Shown piece after piece: positions 1-9,395 of a stretch of DNA of 64,000 bases (the stretch's first letter is position 1; every line of letters begins with the position of its first letter). Under the pieces are notes generated by a model. That model was given only the letters and a program-made list of their open reading frames with translations. It made no database searches and was not told the origin of the DNA. Where the stretch lies: the NCBI GenBank assembly GCA_016869555.1, contig VGDY01000003.1, forward strand, positions 2,206-66,205, in the 5' to 3' direction. This DNA is from Alphaproteobacteria bacterium (lineage in GTDB: Bacteria > Pseudomonadota > Alphaproteobacteria > Rhizobiales > Beijerinckiaceae). Made by a program: the position numbers and the translations under genes.

Positions 1-117
1 CCAACATTCGAGCGCCTCGACCAGGAAGTCGACGACGCCCGCGGTATAGGCGCCGGCCGAAATCGCGCCGGACATTGTGAGGCCGATCTGAAATTCCTTG
101 CCTGAAAGTTGATGCAT
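1..117 (-). CDS. Patatin-like phospholipase family protein, 5' end (runs off window)
   Basis: Manual translation from ATG at 117 (GAGGA RBS upstream): MHQLSGKEFQIGLTMSGAISAGAYTAGVVDFLVEALECW, matching the patatin N-terminal glycine-rich oxyanion-loop pattern. Not in the ORF track because it is truncated. Confidence 0.7.
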   Translation of the reverse strand, partial: MHQLSGKEFQIGLTMSGAISAGAYTAGVVDFLVEALECW

Positions 118-394
118 CTTCATTTCCTCATCTTTCTTGCGCGGGCGCCGGAATGCCCAACGCCCAAGCGTTGTGCGCGATCGCAACAGTCAAGGACATA
201 CGCCCGCCTGTCTCATGTGCGATGACAAACGGCCGAACTCGTCGCACTGCATGTCGATCTCATGAAGCTTCGTTCGCGGAGGAAGTTTCGCGGCCAATTC
301 GCGGAAAATGGCCGATGCAAATGTCTACCGTTCAATCACGCTGAAAATTGAGTTCCACGCCTTTCTTGGCGTGCGTTTGCAGATGACGCGAAAT

Positions 395-1513
395 TTATCT
401 TAGCGCTTCGATACGGTCAATGAACCAAAGCAGCGCGAGAAGGAATGCGAGCGCTGTCAGCGCCGGCGCAACAAAACTGACATAAACGCTCTTGCGCCTT
501 GCCGTGAACACAAGCGGCATGAGCAATGCAGCGACAGTGATCTGGCCGAGTTCGACTCCGCCATTGAAGCCGGCAAGCGCGAGCAGCGATCCGGACGTCG
601 ACAGACGCATCGGGCCGAGCGCGGTCGCGAAGGCGAGGCCATGCACCAGTCCGAAACCGAATGCGATGGTCCAGCGCGCAAACGACAGAAGCGGCAGCAG
701 ATTGTCGATCGCCGCGCCCATGATCGTCGCGGCGACCGCTGGCTCGACGTATCGCGCCGGCGCGTCGATGAAATGAAAGAGCGACAACGTCAGTGTGACG
801 CCATGCGCCAGGGTGAAGGCCGTGAGGATCGCCAATGTCTGCAGTGCGCTGGCGCCGAAGCCGTCGAGCGGCTTCCATCCGGTCTCGCTGCGGTGAAAGG
901 CGGCGAAAATCATCAGCACGGCGACGAACAGCAGATGATCATAGCCGAAAAGAATGTGGCTGACGCCGAAGCCGAGGAAATGAAGGAAGGAGCCGGAAGT
1001 CGACTCATCGACGCGATCCAGATCCATATCGGCGCGATCGGGCGACAGTACTTCCGACCGCTCGCCAGAAGGCGTCACCAGCGTGAGAAGGCCGCGATGC
1101 GTCGGATCCAAATCGAAGAGCAGCCGATAATGCAGGCGTCGCGGCGCGGGCGTCGGTTGGCAAATGGCCGTAAAGCGCAGCACGGCATAGGCCGCGCCGG
1201 CATGACGGTCGACAAGCAGGTCGTTCGGGCGCAACGCGCAGCCGTCGATCGACAGTCGATCAAAGGCATAGGCTTCGATCGCGGCGCGGCGCGCTTTCAA
1301 TCGGCCCCAGGTGATGACGCCGTCATCGCCCGCGAGTCCAATTGCGGCGTCGAGATCGCGCAGCGAAATGTCCCATTGCCCGCTCGGGCGCCCGTCCGCA
1401 TCGATATCAATATGCAGATAGCTGTCGGAGGAGAGATGCGCGCGCGCGGATTCGATTTGAAGCGCGAGGGCGAACAGCGCCGTAAGCGCGAACAGGATCA
1501 GCCGTATCCACAA
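395..1513 (-). CDS. HupE/UreJ family protein (HupE_UreJ_2 type) with N-terminal periplasmic domain
   Basis: Signal peptide ending ARA|H. C-terminal TM domain with HILFGYDHLLF, FTLAHGVTL, FGLVHGLAFA and FNGGVELGQ motifs. The ORF extends to 1600; a TTG start at 1513 is my estimate. Confidence 0.85.
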   Translation of the reverse strand: MWIRLILFALTALFALALQIESARAHLSSDSYLHIDIDADGRPSGQWDISLRDLDAAIGLAGDDGVITWGRLKARRAAIEAYAFDRLSIDGCALRPNDLLVDRHAGAAYAVLRFTAICQPTPAPRRLHYRLLFDLDPTHRGLLTLVTPSGERSEVLSPDRADMDLDRVDESTSGSFLHFLGFGVSHILFGYDHLLFVAVLMIFAAFHRSETGWKPLDGFGASALQTLAILTAFTLAHGVTLTLSLFHFIDAPARYVEPAVAATIMGAAIDNLLPLLSFARWTIAFGFGLVHGLAFATALGPMRLSTSGSLLALAGFNGGVELGQITVAALLMPLVFTARRKSVYVSFVAPALTALAFLLALLWFIDRIEALR

Positions 1514-2169
1514 ATTCGCGAATATCCCGAAGCGCAAACGGCCGCCAGAATCGTGACGGCGCCGGCGCAAAGACTTAGACCGAGGCGCGCATGTCGCCAT
1601 CGCGCGACAAAAGACGCCGCCATGAGCGCATAGGCTGTGGCGGCGGCAGCGACCAGCGCGAGCGCTGTCGCGTTGATCGCGCGATCTCGGATCGTTTCGC
1701 CGGTCGCGCCGATCGCGCCCGCGATCATGCCGCAGCAGCCCGCGGCGATCAGCAGCGCCCGCACGCCCATCTGAATCCGGGCGACGCCCGCAGCGCCGAG
1801 CAAAACCAGCGCGACGATCGCAATCATCGAAGCGGAATGGCTCTCGACGCCTTGCGGACGCGTCGCAAGCGCCGCGGCGAAGGCGCCGAGACCGATCGCG
1901 CCGACCAGAGCGGCGTCGGCGCGCTGCTGCTGCGTCCCGGCCCAGATCGCGAAAGCGACGACGAGCGCCAGGCGCTCGAAGCTGAGCAGCAAATGGACGG
2001 CGCCCGACCAGAAGACGCCGAGCGAGGCGACCTCGCTATGCGCATGCGCCGGCGATGCGCATGCGACATAGGCAAGCGCCAGGGGCGCGGCCATCGCCAG
2101 ACGTCGCGTGAAGTTTTTTCGCGGCCTCGGCGCTCCCTGCCCTGGCCTAACGGTCGGCGAGAATCGCAT
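1498..2169 (-). CDS. Divergent HupE/UreJ-like membrane protein
   Basis: Signal-like N-terminus ending AHA|H, then GVFWSGAVHLLLSFERLALVVAFAIWAG resembling the HupE GF.SG..HP..G.DHLLAM..VGLWA motif; about 6 hydrophobic helices. Start uncertain (2169 or about 2094). Confidence 0.6.
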   Translation of the reverse strand: MRFSPTVRPGQGAPRPRKNFTRRLAMAAPLALAYVACASPAHAHSEVASLGVFWSGAVHLLLSFERLALVVAFAIWAGTQQQRADAALVGAIGLGAFAAALATRPQGVESHSASMIAIVALVLLGAAGVARIQMGVRALLIAAGCCGMIAGAIGATGETIRDRAINATALALVAAAATAYALMAASFVARWRHARLGLSLCAGAVTILAAVCASGYSRICGYG

Positions 2170-4042
2170 CCGCCGCCTTCTCGCCGATCATATAGACCGC
2201 GCTCACGATGAAGAATCCGGGAATGCGCGGGAACACCGAAGCGTCGACCACGCGCAGACCCTTCGCGCCGCGCACGCGGAAATTCGAATCGAGAACCGCG
2301 TCGCTGGCGCCGTCAGGTCCAATCGCGCAAGTGCAGGAGGCGTGATGGCCCCAGGACTGATAGCGCACAAAATCGCGAATCCCTTCGTCGCTCGTCATGT
2401 CGGCGCCGGGCGATTCTTCCTCTTCGACGACGCCGAGGTCGATGAGCGGACGCGTGAGCGCGCGGACAAATTTCACGCCGTCGACCACCGAATCGAGGTC
2501 CTCGTCGCGATCGGGCGTGCCTTCGGCGAAATAGCGGAAATTGATCTCCGGACGCTCGAGCGGATCGGCGGATTTTAGCTTGACATAGCCGGCGCGGTTG
2601 TTGGTGTGCGCTTTGAGCACGGCCCAAGTGAGATAGTTGAGCTTCTTGACGACCGGGATCGAATAGCCGGGATAATAGCCGCGAAAATCGGCGAGCACGC
2701 CGAAGCAGAACAGATCGGGCAGCGGCCGCTCGCTCGCAGAGCGCTTGATTACGGCGAGCACGGCGCCATTCGTGCCATAGACGGACCCCGTGTAATCGTT
2801 CTTGGTGCGCAGCCAATCGGCGTATTGGGCGTCGGTGTTCTTATATTGCGCGCCTTTCAATATGCCCCAATCGTCCCGGACGCGATTGACGACGCCGACT
2901 TCGTAGCGGTCCTGCAGATTCTTGCCGACGCCCGGCAGATCGATGCGCGTCTTGATGCCGAGCGGCGCCAGATCCTCCTTGGGGCCGACGCCGGAGAGCA
3001 TCAGCAGTTGCGGCGTGTTGAAGGCGCCGCCGGCGAGGATCACGTCGCGCGTCGCATGAACGGTGCGCGTCTCGCCCTGCTCGCCGCTCGGATCATAATG
3101 CGCCTGATAGAGCCTTGCGCCCTTGCGATATTCGACGCCGATCGCGCGATTATTGTCGTCGAACAATACGCGCGTCGCCAGCGCGTCGAGTTCGATGGTC
3201 AGATTGTCGGGATATTTCTGCTGCGTCTCGACCAGGCGCTCGCGCGTGCCCATGCGCTCATGCTTGCGCGTATTGAGCGGCGGGTAATGCAGGCCGAAGG
3301 CGTTGTTGCGGACGAGCCGCCAATCATTGGGATCGCCCTTGCCGAGGAGAAACCACAACGTCCGTTGCAGGAGCGAGGGCGACCGGCCGATTTGCTCCAG
3401 GATCGATATTTTCAAGGCTTTGACGAGATCGAAATCGCCGAGCGCGGCCTTGGGGACATTCTTCTCCGTATGCAGCCATCCCTTCCAGCCGTGGCGCGTG
3501 GGATTGATCCCGAGCATGCCGAGCAGGCGGAAGAAGAAGCGATGGTTGCAGTTCTCGAGTTTTTCGAAATAGGTTCGCATATTGTCGGCGCGCCAGCTCG
3601 CGTCGCCGGTGAGTTCGGCGATATGGTCCCAGTCCGCATTGTGCGGATAGACCATGATCATCGCATTATGCGCGGTGCAGCCGCCGAGACAGCCGGCGCG
3701 CGGATAGAGAACCCCGTCGACGCGTTTGCCGCGGTAATAGTCGCGATATTTCTCGTCCTTTTTCTGGAGCTGGTCATCTCCATAATGACGGACGAAGAAA
3801 TCCCATTGCATCGCCTGATTCTCGGTCGAGCAGGCGTGAAACACCGGAACGCGATAGTCGTCGGGAAGGCGCTCGTCGTCAGGATAGGCGGCATCGCCGC
3901 CTTGAAGCTTCAGCGGATCGCCGCCGGCCTCCAGCACCAGCACCTTGCAGCCCGCTTCCGCTAGGCGCGCCGCCACCGTGCCGCCGCCCGCGCCCGAGCC
4001 GACCACCACATATTCAAAGCTCGCCTTGTCGCTGAGGCTCAT
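2147..4042 (-). CDS. GMC family FAD oxidoreductase (choline dehydrogenase-like)
   Basis: VVVGSGAGGG FAD loop, PRAGCLGGCTAHNAMI, GGAFNTPQLLMLSGVG, HHASCTCAIG and LRVVDASVFP motifs; strong RBS. Confidence 0.92.
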   Translation of the reverse strand: MSLSDKASFEYVVVGSGAGGGTVAARLAEAGCKVLVLEAGGDPLKLQGGDAAYPDDERLPDDYRVPVFHACSTENQAMQWDFFVRHYGDDQLQKKDEKYRDYYRGKRVDGVLYPRAGCLGGCTAHNAMIMVYPHNADWDHIAELTGDASWRADNMRTYFEKLENCNHRFFFRLLGMLGINPTRHGWKGWLHTEKNVPKAALGDFDLVKALKISILEQIGRSPSLLQRTLWFLLGKGDPNDWRLVRNNAFGLHYPPLNTRKHERMGTRERLVETQQKYPDNLTIELDALATRVLFDDNNRAIGVEYRKGARLYQAHYDPSGEQGETRTVHATRDVILAGGAFNTPQLLMLSGVGPKEDLAPLGIKTRIDLPGVGKNLQDRYEVGVVNRVRDDWGILKGAQYKNTDAQYADWLRTKNDYTGSVYGTNGAVLAVIKRSASERPLPDLFCFGVLADFRGYYPGYSIPVVKKLNYLTWAVLKAHTNNRAGYVKLKSADPLERPEINFRYFAEGTPDRDEDLDSVVDGVKFVRALTRPLIDLGVVEEEESPGADMTSDEGIRDFVRYQSWGHHASCTCAIGPDGASDAVLDSNFRVRGAKGLRVVDASVFPRIPGFFIVSAVYMIGEKAADAILADR

Positions 4043-4106
4043 GGTCGTTCCCCCCTCCTTCGTCGGTTGGCCCGGACGCGCCTTGGCGGTCCGGGCCTCC
4101 GACGCG

Positions 4107-6725
4107 TCACATGGTTTTCAAGAAGGCGATCAGAGCCTTTTTGTCGGCGTCGCTCAGCCCCGGCTCCTCGGCGAAATAATCGGTGCCGAAGTAATGACCG
4201 CGATTGACGACGAAGTCCGGGCATTTATTGAGTTCGAGCAGATCGTCATATGAACGGGCGAACGCCGCGCGCGCCTGTTCGTCGCTCGGATCCGGCGGCA
4301 GCAACTTCAACGTAAGTTTTAGCTTGGCGAGCAGCTTCAGCACTCTCGCCTTGTGCAACAGATTTTCGAGCGGATCTTCTCGCTTATCGAGATCGATATT
4401 GCCGATCAGCTGTACCGGCGTGCCTGCCGGAATGGGGCCGATGGCGATGCCGTCCTTCTCGACGAAATTGCTGAGACGCAGCGCGTCGACCAGCCATTTC
4501 ACGTCCTCGCCGGCGTCGAAGCCCGCCTGCAGCAGATCGGGGACATAGCCCTTCGGCACGCGCAGATAGCTCCGCTCCGTCGTCACATCGACGACGCCAT
4601 GCAGCTTCTTGCCCGAGGCCGTGACATATTCGATGTCCTTCTGGCCATATTTCTCGCTATATTGCCCATATGAGCCGGCGCGTTTCTCCGGCCACAGCAT
4701 CTGTTCGATCGAATTGTCGAAGGACTTCGCTCGGCTGTCGACCGATGGGCTCTCGTAAAATGTGCCGACGCTGTTGTTGAGCAGGAAGGGCGCGGTCGAC
4801 CACAGGCTGACCAGCGACGCCGGCCGCGTATAGCCGCGGCCGCCCGCCGGCATATCGTAGGGGCGCGGCGCGCCCGTATAGGGATCGTGGACGGTGATCT
4901 TTCCGACCGACGGCAGCTCCTTGTACGAGGTCGAGGAGAAATCGTTCCAGATGTTGTCGCGGATCGCATTGGTGGCGAGCGGACTGCAGGCGTTGGTTTC
5001 CAGCAGAGTCACCGGCACGCGCAGATCGGTCGACAGGAAGTTATCGTTGAGGAAATCGCTCGCCTTGGCGATCTTTTTCGCCTCCTGCTTGAACGCGTCG
5101 GTCTTGGTATACGACCAATAATTGTTCCAGCAGGTCAGATAGTCCTTGCCGACGCAGCCATTGTTCGGGAAGTAGCTGAAGGTCTTTTCCGGCAGCTTGC
5201 TCGAATGGCAGCGCAGGCAGCGTTCGCCGAACACTTCCTTGCCGCGCTCGAGGGTCGCCGAGTCGGCAGTAAGATATTTGTCGCCGTTCGGCGCGTTCTT
5301 CAGATAGTCGGGCTTGGCGGTCGCGACGAAGAACAGCGCGGTGTTGGGAGTCTGCGCTTCATTCGCCTGCCAATAGGTGGAATTGGCGCGTCCCGTCGCG
5401 ATCGGAATAGAGGTGATCGGCTTGCCGCCGATCACAGGGTTGAAGTGCTCGAGCCATTCCTCGCTGAACAGGCCAATGTTGACGAAGACCCGGTTGAAGG
5501 AGCCCAGCGCGCCGACCGAATCCGCGCCGTCCTTCAAAACGCGCGGCGTGAACACCGTATCGGGCGCCTTGAAGAACTGCGTGAGCGGCGAATTGGCGGG
5601 AACATATTCGTTGAACTGCTTGTTCTGCCTCTCGCCGCCATTGAGTTTTTCCTGGCCGAATTTCGACGCAAGCGCCACGCGCGGCCCGAGCTGGTAGATC
5701 GCGTTCATCGTTCGCGGATTGATGATGTAGTCGGTTGAGACCAGCGACGTATCGAGCGCGCCCGGTCGCGAGACATGGAACAATTGCCAGGAGAAATCCT
5801 TCGGATCGGCCGCATAGGTGAAGATGCGGTCCCACCAGAAATATTGCGCGCCCGGATTGGAGTTCAAATTCTCCCATTTCGGATTTTCCGGGTCGGCCGG
5901 CGGATTGGTCGGATTGGGGCCGACGTGGCAAAAGCCGCAGGACATTCCGACGCGATAGGGGCGCACCAGATCCTTATTGTTGTAATAGTCTGGATCGTTG
6001 TAAAAGCGCTCCGGATCCCAATTCCTTTCCGCCGCTTCATCGAAGTCGGGATTTGGGAACAATCTCAGCCCCACGATGCCGGTCGCATAGCCGTAGTAGG
6101 AGCCCACCGGAAAATTCTCGCTGCGTCCCCGGGCCCCGATCTTGACGCCCGGATATTTCTCCGCGTCTTCGAACGGATCTTTTTTTTGCGGGCAGTTCGG
6201 ATCGCGCGTGTCCAGCCACAGGCCGAAGCGATCCGGGTGGGGGCCGGTCGCCTTCTTGAAACAGGGCTCATTGACGAGACCCAAATAGCGCCAGCGATTG
6301 TCGCGGCTGAATTTCGTCAGGCTCGGATGGCTCGATAAGGTCTTGAGGAAGTCGAGTCCGCCGAACGATCTCTTGTTCAAGACGTCCCACAGCCGGTCGT
6401 TGCCGGCGGTCCACACGATCCAATTATTGCGGCCGATCACTGCCGCCTTAAGCGCCGCCTCGGGCGTGACGCCGGGAAGATAAGGCTGCATGGCCTTGGC
6501 GAGATCTTCCGGATGTTTGGTCGCGCCGTTATCCATGTCGACGTAATAATCATTGTCAGAGCCGGGCAGAGACGCGGCCGTGCGGCCGACGCACATGGCT
6601 TCGTCCTTGACGTTGCCGGCGCCGGAGCCGCAATTCTGGTCGGCTTTCGCCGCGCCGCCCATCGATCCATAGGCGCCACTCAACGCCGCTGCGACCGCCA
6701 AGCTCCGCAGGATTCTTTCGAGCAT
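4107..6725 (-). CDS. Secreted di-heme c-type cytochrome enzyme, RoxA/CCP-MauG superfamily-like
   Basis: N-terminal signal peptide; CGFCH (5925-5939) and CLRCH (5205-5219); LWSTAPFLLNNSVG; C-terminal NRGHYFG...LSDADKKALIAFLKTM. Confidence 0.7.
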   Translation of the reverse strand: MLERILRSLAVAAALSGAYGSMGGAAKADQNCGSGAGNVKDEAMCVGRTAASLPGSDNDYYVDMDNGATKHPEDLAKAMQPYLPGVTPEAALKAAVIGRNNWIVWTAGNDRLWDVLNKRSFGGLDFLKTLSSHPSLTKFSRDNRWRYLGLVNEPCFKKATGPHPDRFGLWLDTRDPNCPQKKDPFEDAEKYPGVKIGARGRSENFPVGSYYGYATGIVGLRLFPNPDFDEAAERNWDPERFYNDPDYYNNKDLVRPYRVGMSCGFCHVGPNPTNPPADPENPKWENLNSNPGAQYFWWDRIFTYAADPKDFSWQLFHVSRPGALDTSLVSTDYIINPRTMNAIYQLGPRVALASKFGQEKLNGGERQNKQFNEYVPANSPLTQFFKAPDTVFTPRVLKDGADSVGALGSFNRVFVNIGLFSEEWLEHFNPVIGGKPITSIPIATGRANSTYWQANEAQTPNTALFFVATAKPDYLKNAPNGDKYLTADSATLERGKEVFGERCLRCHSSKLPEKTFSYFPNNGCVGKDYLTCWNNYWSYTKTDAFKQEAKKIAKASDFLNDNFLSTDLRVPVTLLETNACSPLATNAIRDNIWNDFSSTSYKELPSVGKITVHDPYTGAPRPYDMPAGGRGYTRPASLVSLWSTAPFLLNNSVGTFYESPSVDSRAKSFDNSIEQMLWPEKRAGSYGQYSEKYGQKDIEYVTASGKKLHGVVDVTTERSYLRVPKGYVPDLLQAGFDAGEDVKWLVDALRLSNFVEKDGIAIGPIPAGTPVQLIGNIDLDKREDPLENLLHKARVLKLLAKLKLTLKLLPPDPSDEQARAAFARSYDDLLELNKCPDFVVNRGHYFGTDYFAEEPGLSDADKKALIAFLKTM

Positions 6726-6859
6726 CGTTCCCTCCCCAATGTCGAATGCCTAAAATTCGTGGCCTGTCCGCTATGCCCTGTGCGCCGCGGCGATCGATGA
6801 CGCGGCGGAAGGAGAGATCGCGCCGAGCAAGACGCGGCGCTGCGAAAACCGCTTCATGC

Positions 6860-8014
6860 CTAAAAGGCGGCCCGTCGTCTGAACCAGCGAATCACGCTGA
6901 GAAGAATGAGAAGCGCGACAAGCGCGACGATGCCGACCTGCACGGCCGGCCGAGCGAAAAACCGATAGACGTAAGGCCCGGTCGCGCCCTTGGGCTGGGG
7001 TTTGAAGGGCCAGGGGTCCGCCAGATAGGGAAACTCGCTCGACAGCGGCTTGTCGTTGACCGTTGAGCGCGGCCATTGGGTCGTGTCGATGAAAGCGTTT
7101 TCCTGCAAGGGGCAATCGCCCTGCGCGCAGGTGAGCAGCGCCACATCGTCTTCGAGACGACGGCCGTTGGGAAATCCGGGCGGGCGCGTCGTGGTGAAGA
7201 CCATGACGTCGGGAACAGAGTCGTAGTGGCGAATAAAAAATCCGCTCAGCTGGTTCAAATTGGCGAGCGGCGGCAGCCATTGCTTGAGAAAGTCCTGAAC
7301 CTTGGCCCGAGACTCTCCCTTTTCGCGAATCTCCGCCACATGCTGCGAAGGCGGAATGGTATTTAATATTTCGAAACGGCCGAGCTGTGTGCGGTTCGAT
7401 CGTCCGACATGGTCGATCTGCTCGCCGTTGCTCACGCGCTTGCTTGTGGCCCACAAGAGCCAGCTCTCCGCATGTTCGGGAAAAGCGGATTTCGGAATAC
7501 TGAACGCCATGGTGATGACATTCACTTTAAAGAATCGGGGAAAGATGAACGGATCGTCGCGAATGCCGGAATAGACCTGGATGTTCTGCGAATCGCCGAG
7601 TCCCTTGAAGGATTTTTCTTTCACCGTCGCGTCATTGTTGAGACGCATCCGGATCGTGGCGTCCGGCGCTATGCCCTCGGGCGCTTCGATCGTGCCGCCG
7701 TAGCGCGCAACGTCCTCGGCATTATCGAAGCGGAGCTTGGTGTGAAAATCCACATGGATGTCAAATTCGAAGGGCTCGAGATTATAGGGCGGCGCCCCGA
7801 TCAGCGAGCGGCGCACGTCGAGGATTGCGATCCATCGGTCGCCGTCGGGGTAGAAGAAGAGGCCGGTTATGTTGGCTTCCTGCTCGTCCTCCGCGAGCCA
7901 CATGGGATCGGCGTGGTCCGAGGCGCGCCCTGTTCCGGGTATCAGCAAAGCAAAGAACAGGAGGAGCGCGGCGAATAATTGTTTGGCCATATCGGCCATC
8001 ATCGTTCGAGCCAT
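6860..8014 (-). CDS. DUF4331-type exported protein with C-terminal membrane anchor
   Basis: Signal peptide then SDHADP; RDDPF, IDHVGR, GFPNGRRLEDDV and FPYLA motifs; C-terminal TM plus RRR. Start reset to ATG 8014 (GAGG RBS); ORF track start is 8203. Confidence 0.75.
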   Translation of the reverse strand: MARTMMADMAKQLFAALLLFFALLIPGTGRASDHADPMWLAEDEQEANITGLFFYPDGDRWIAILDVRRSLIGAPPYNLEPFEFDIHVDFHTKLRFDNAEDVARYGGTIEAPEGIAPDATIRMRLNNDATVKEKSFKGLGDSQNIQVYSGIRDDPFIFPRFFKVNVITMAFSIPKSAFPEHAESWLLWATSKRVSNGEQIDHVGRSNRTQLGRFEILNTIPPSQHVAEIREKGESRAKVQDFLKQWLPPLANLNQLSGFFIRHYDSVPDVMVFTTTRPPGFPNGRRLEDDVALLTCAQGDCPLQENAFIDTTQWPRSTVNDKPLSSEFPYLADPWPFKPQPKGATGPYVYRFFARPAVQVGIVALVALLILLSVIRWFRRRAAF

Positions 8015-8194
8015 CAAACCCTCACTCAAAAAACGCCTTCGCCGCCAAGAAATGTTGCTCCGCGGGAAGTTATCGAACAGTAACTTTCGGTTGCGCGCAC
8101 GATACGATCGGTTCATATTTTTTACAAGGCTCAAAAAAAAATTCCGCGTCTCGATCTCGACGCCAAGTTGCGAGCGTGAAATGAGCGAGCGCTG

Positions 8195-9379
8195 ATGCGA
8201 CATTTAATTCCTTTGTCATGTATGTGCATCGCGGTTGTCGCCTGCATGAACGCATTCGCCGCGCCTTTCGTTCCGAGCGACGACGATCAGTTTCTAGAGC
8301 GATTGCCTCGCGCCGCCGCGCCGATAGCGGCGGAATTACGCGAACTGCGGGCGCGATCGGGCGATTTCGCAGCCTCAATCGAACTCGCGCAAAAATTCGT
8401 GACGCTCGGCGGCGAAGATTCTGATCCGCGCTATTTCGGATATGCGGCCGGCGTTCTTGCGCCCTTGTGGAAATTGTCGGTTCCTCCGGTGAAGGCGCTT
8501 CTGTTGCGCGCGATGATCGCGCAGAATCGGCATGACTTTGATGACGCGCTCGCCGACGTCGACGCCGTGATCAAATCGGATCCTCGCAATCTTCAAGCAT
8601 GGCTTATGCGCGCGGCGATCAGCAAAATCATCGGCCGTTTGGATGAGGCGCGTGCGAGCTGCGCGCCGCTCGCCGCATCCAGCGAGCCGCTGCTGGCCGT
8701 CGCCTGCGTGTCCGACGCCGCGAGCCTCATGGGAGGATCGCGCGAAGCGGCGGAGGCGCTCGAGCAGACGCTTGAAGCGCGGCCGGGAGCGACGCCCGAA
8801 AGACGAAGATGGGCGTTGACCATTCTCGCTGAGATCGCTGCAAGGCAGGGCGAGGCGCAGCGCGCCGAACATTCGTTCAATTCGGCGCTCGAGGCCGCCA
8901 AGCCGACGGCCTATCTCCTCGCCGCTTACGCCGACTTCCTGCTCGACGAAGAGCGTTTCGCGGATGTGGCGGCGCTGCTCGCCGGACAGGGCCGCATCGA
9001 CGCCGCGCTGCTGCGCCTCGCGCTCGCCGAACAGCGGCTCGGCTCGGAAGGTCTCGCTGAGCATGTCGCGCAGATCGAAGAGCGCTTTGCCGCCTCCCGC
9101 CGTCGCGGCGAGGCGTTCCACCTTGGCGACGAAGCGCGTTTCACGCTTTATCTGCTGCGCGATCCGACCAAAGCGCTGCGTCTCGCCGAGCAGAACTGGC
9201 GCGTGCAGCGCACGCCCGCGGACGCGCGCATATTGTATGAGTCCGCCGTCGTGGCGGGCGACGCCGCCGCCGCCGACACGGCGCGCGCCTTTCTGACGCG
9301 AGCCGGAATGAGCGATGAGCGACTGAAGCGCCTCTCGCTTCAAGCGTCGCGCGCTGCGATGCAGCAGAGCGGCCAGTAG
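8195..9379 (+). CDS. Exported tetratricopeptide-repeat protein
   Basis: Signal peptide and Ala/Leu-rich helical repeats (DPRYFGYA, QNRHDFDDALAD, AYADFLLD); divergent from the DUF4331 gene. Confidence 0.75.
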   Translation: MRHLIPLSCMCIAVVACMNAFAAPFVPSDDDQFLERLPRAAAPIAAELRELRARSGDFAASIELAQKFVTLGGEDSDPRYFGYAAGVLAPLWKLSVPPVKALLLRAMIAQNRHDFDDALADVDAVIKSDPRNLQAWLMRAAISKIIGRLDEARASCAPLAASSEPLLAVACVSDAASLMGGSREAAEALEQTLEARPGATPERRRWALTILAEIAARQGEAQRAEHSFNSALEAAKPTAYLLAAYADFLLDEERFADVAALLAGQGRIDAALLRLALAEQRLGSEGLAEHVAQIEERFAASRRRGEAFHLGDEARFTLYLLRDPTKALRLAEQNWRVQRTPADARILYESAVVAGDAAAADTARAFLTRAGMSDERLKRLSLQASRAAMQQSGQ

Positions 9380-9395
9380 GCGACGCGCGTGGCGA

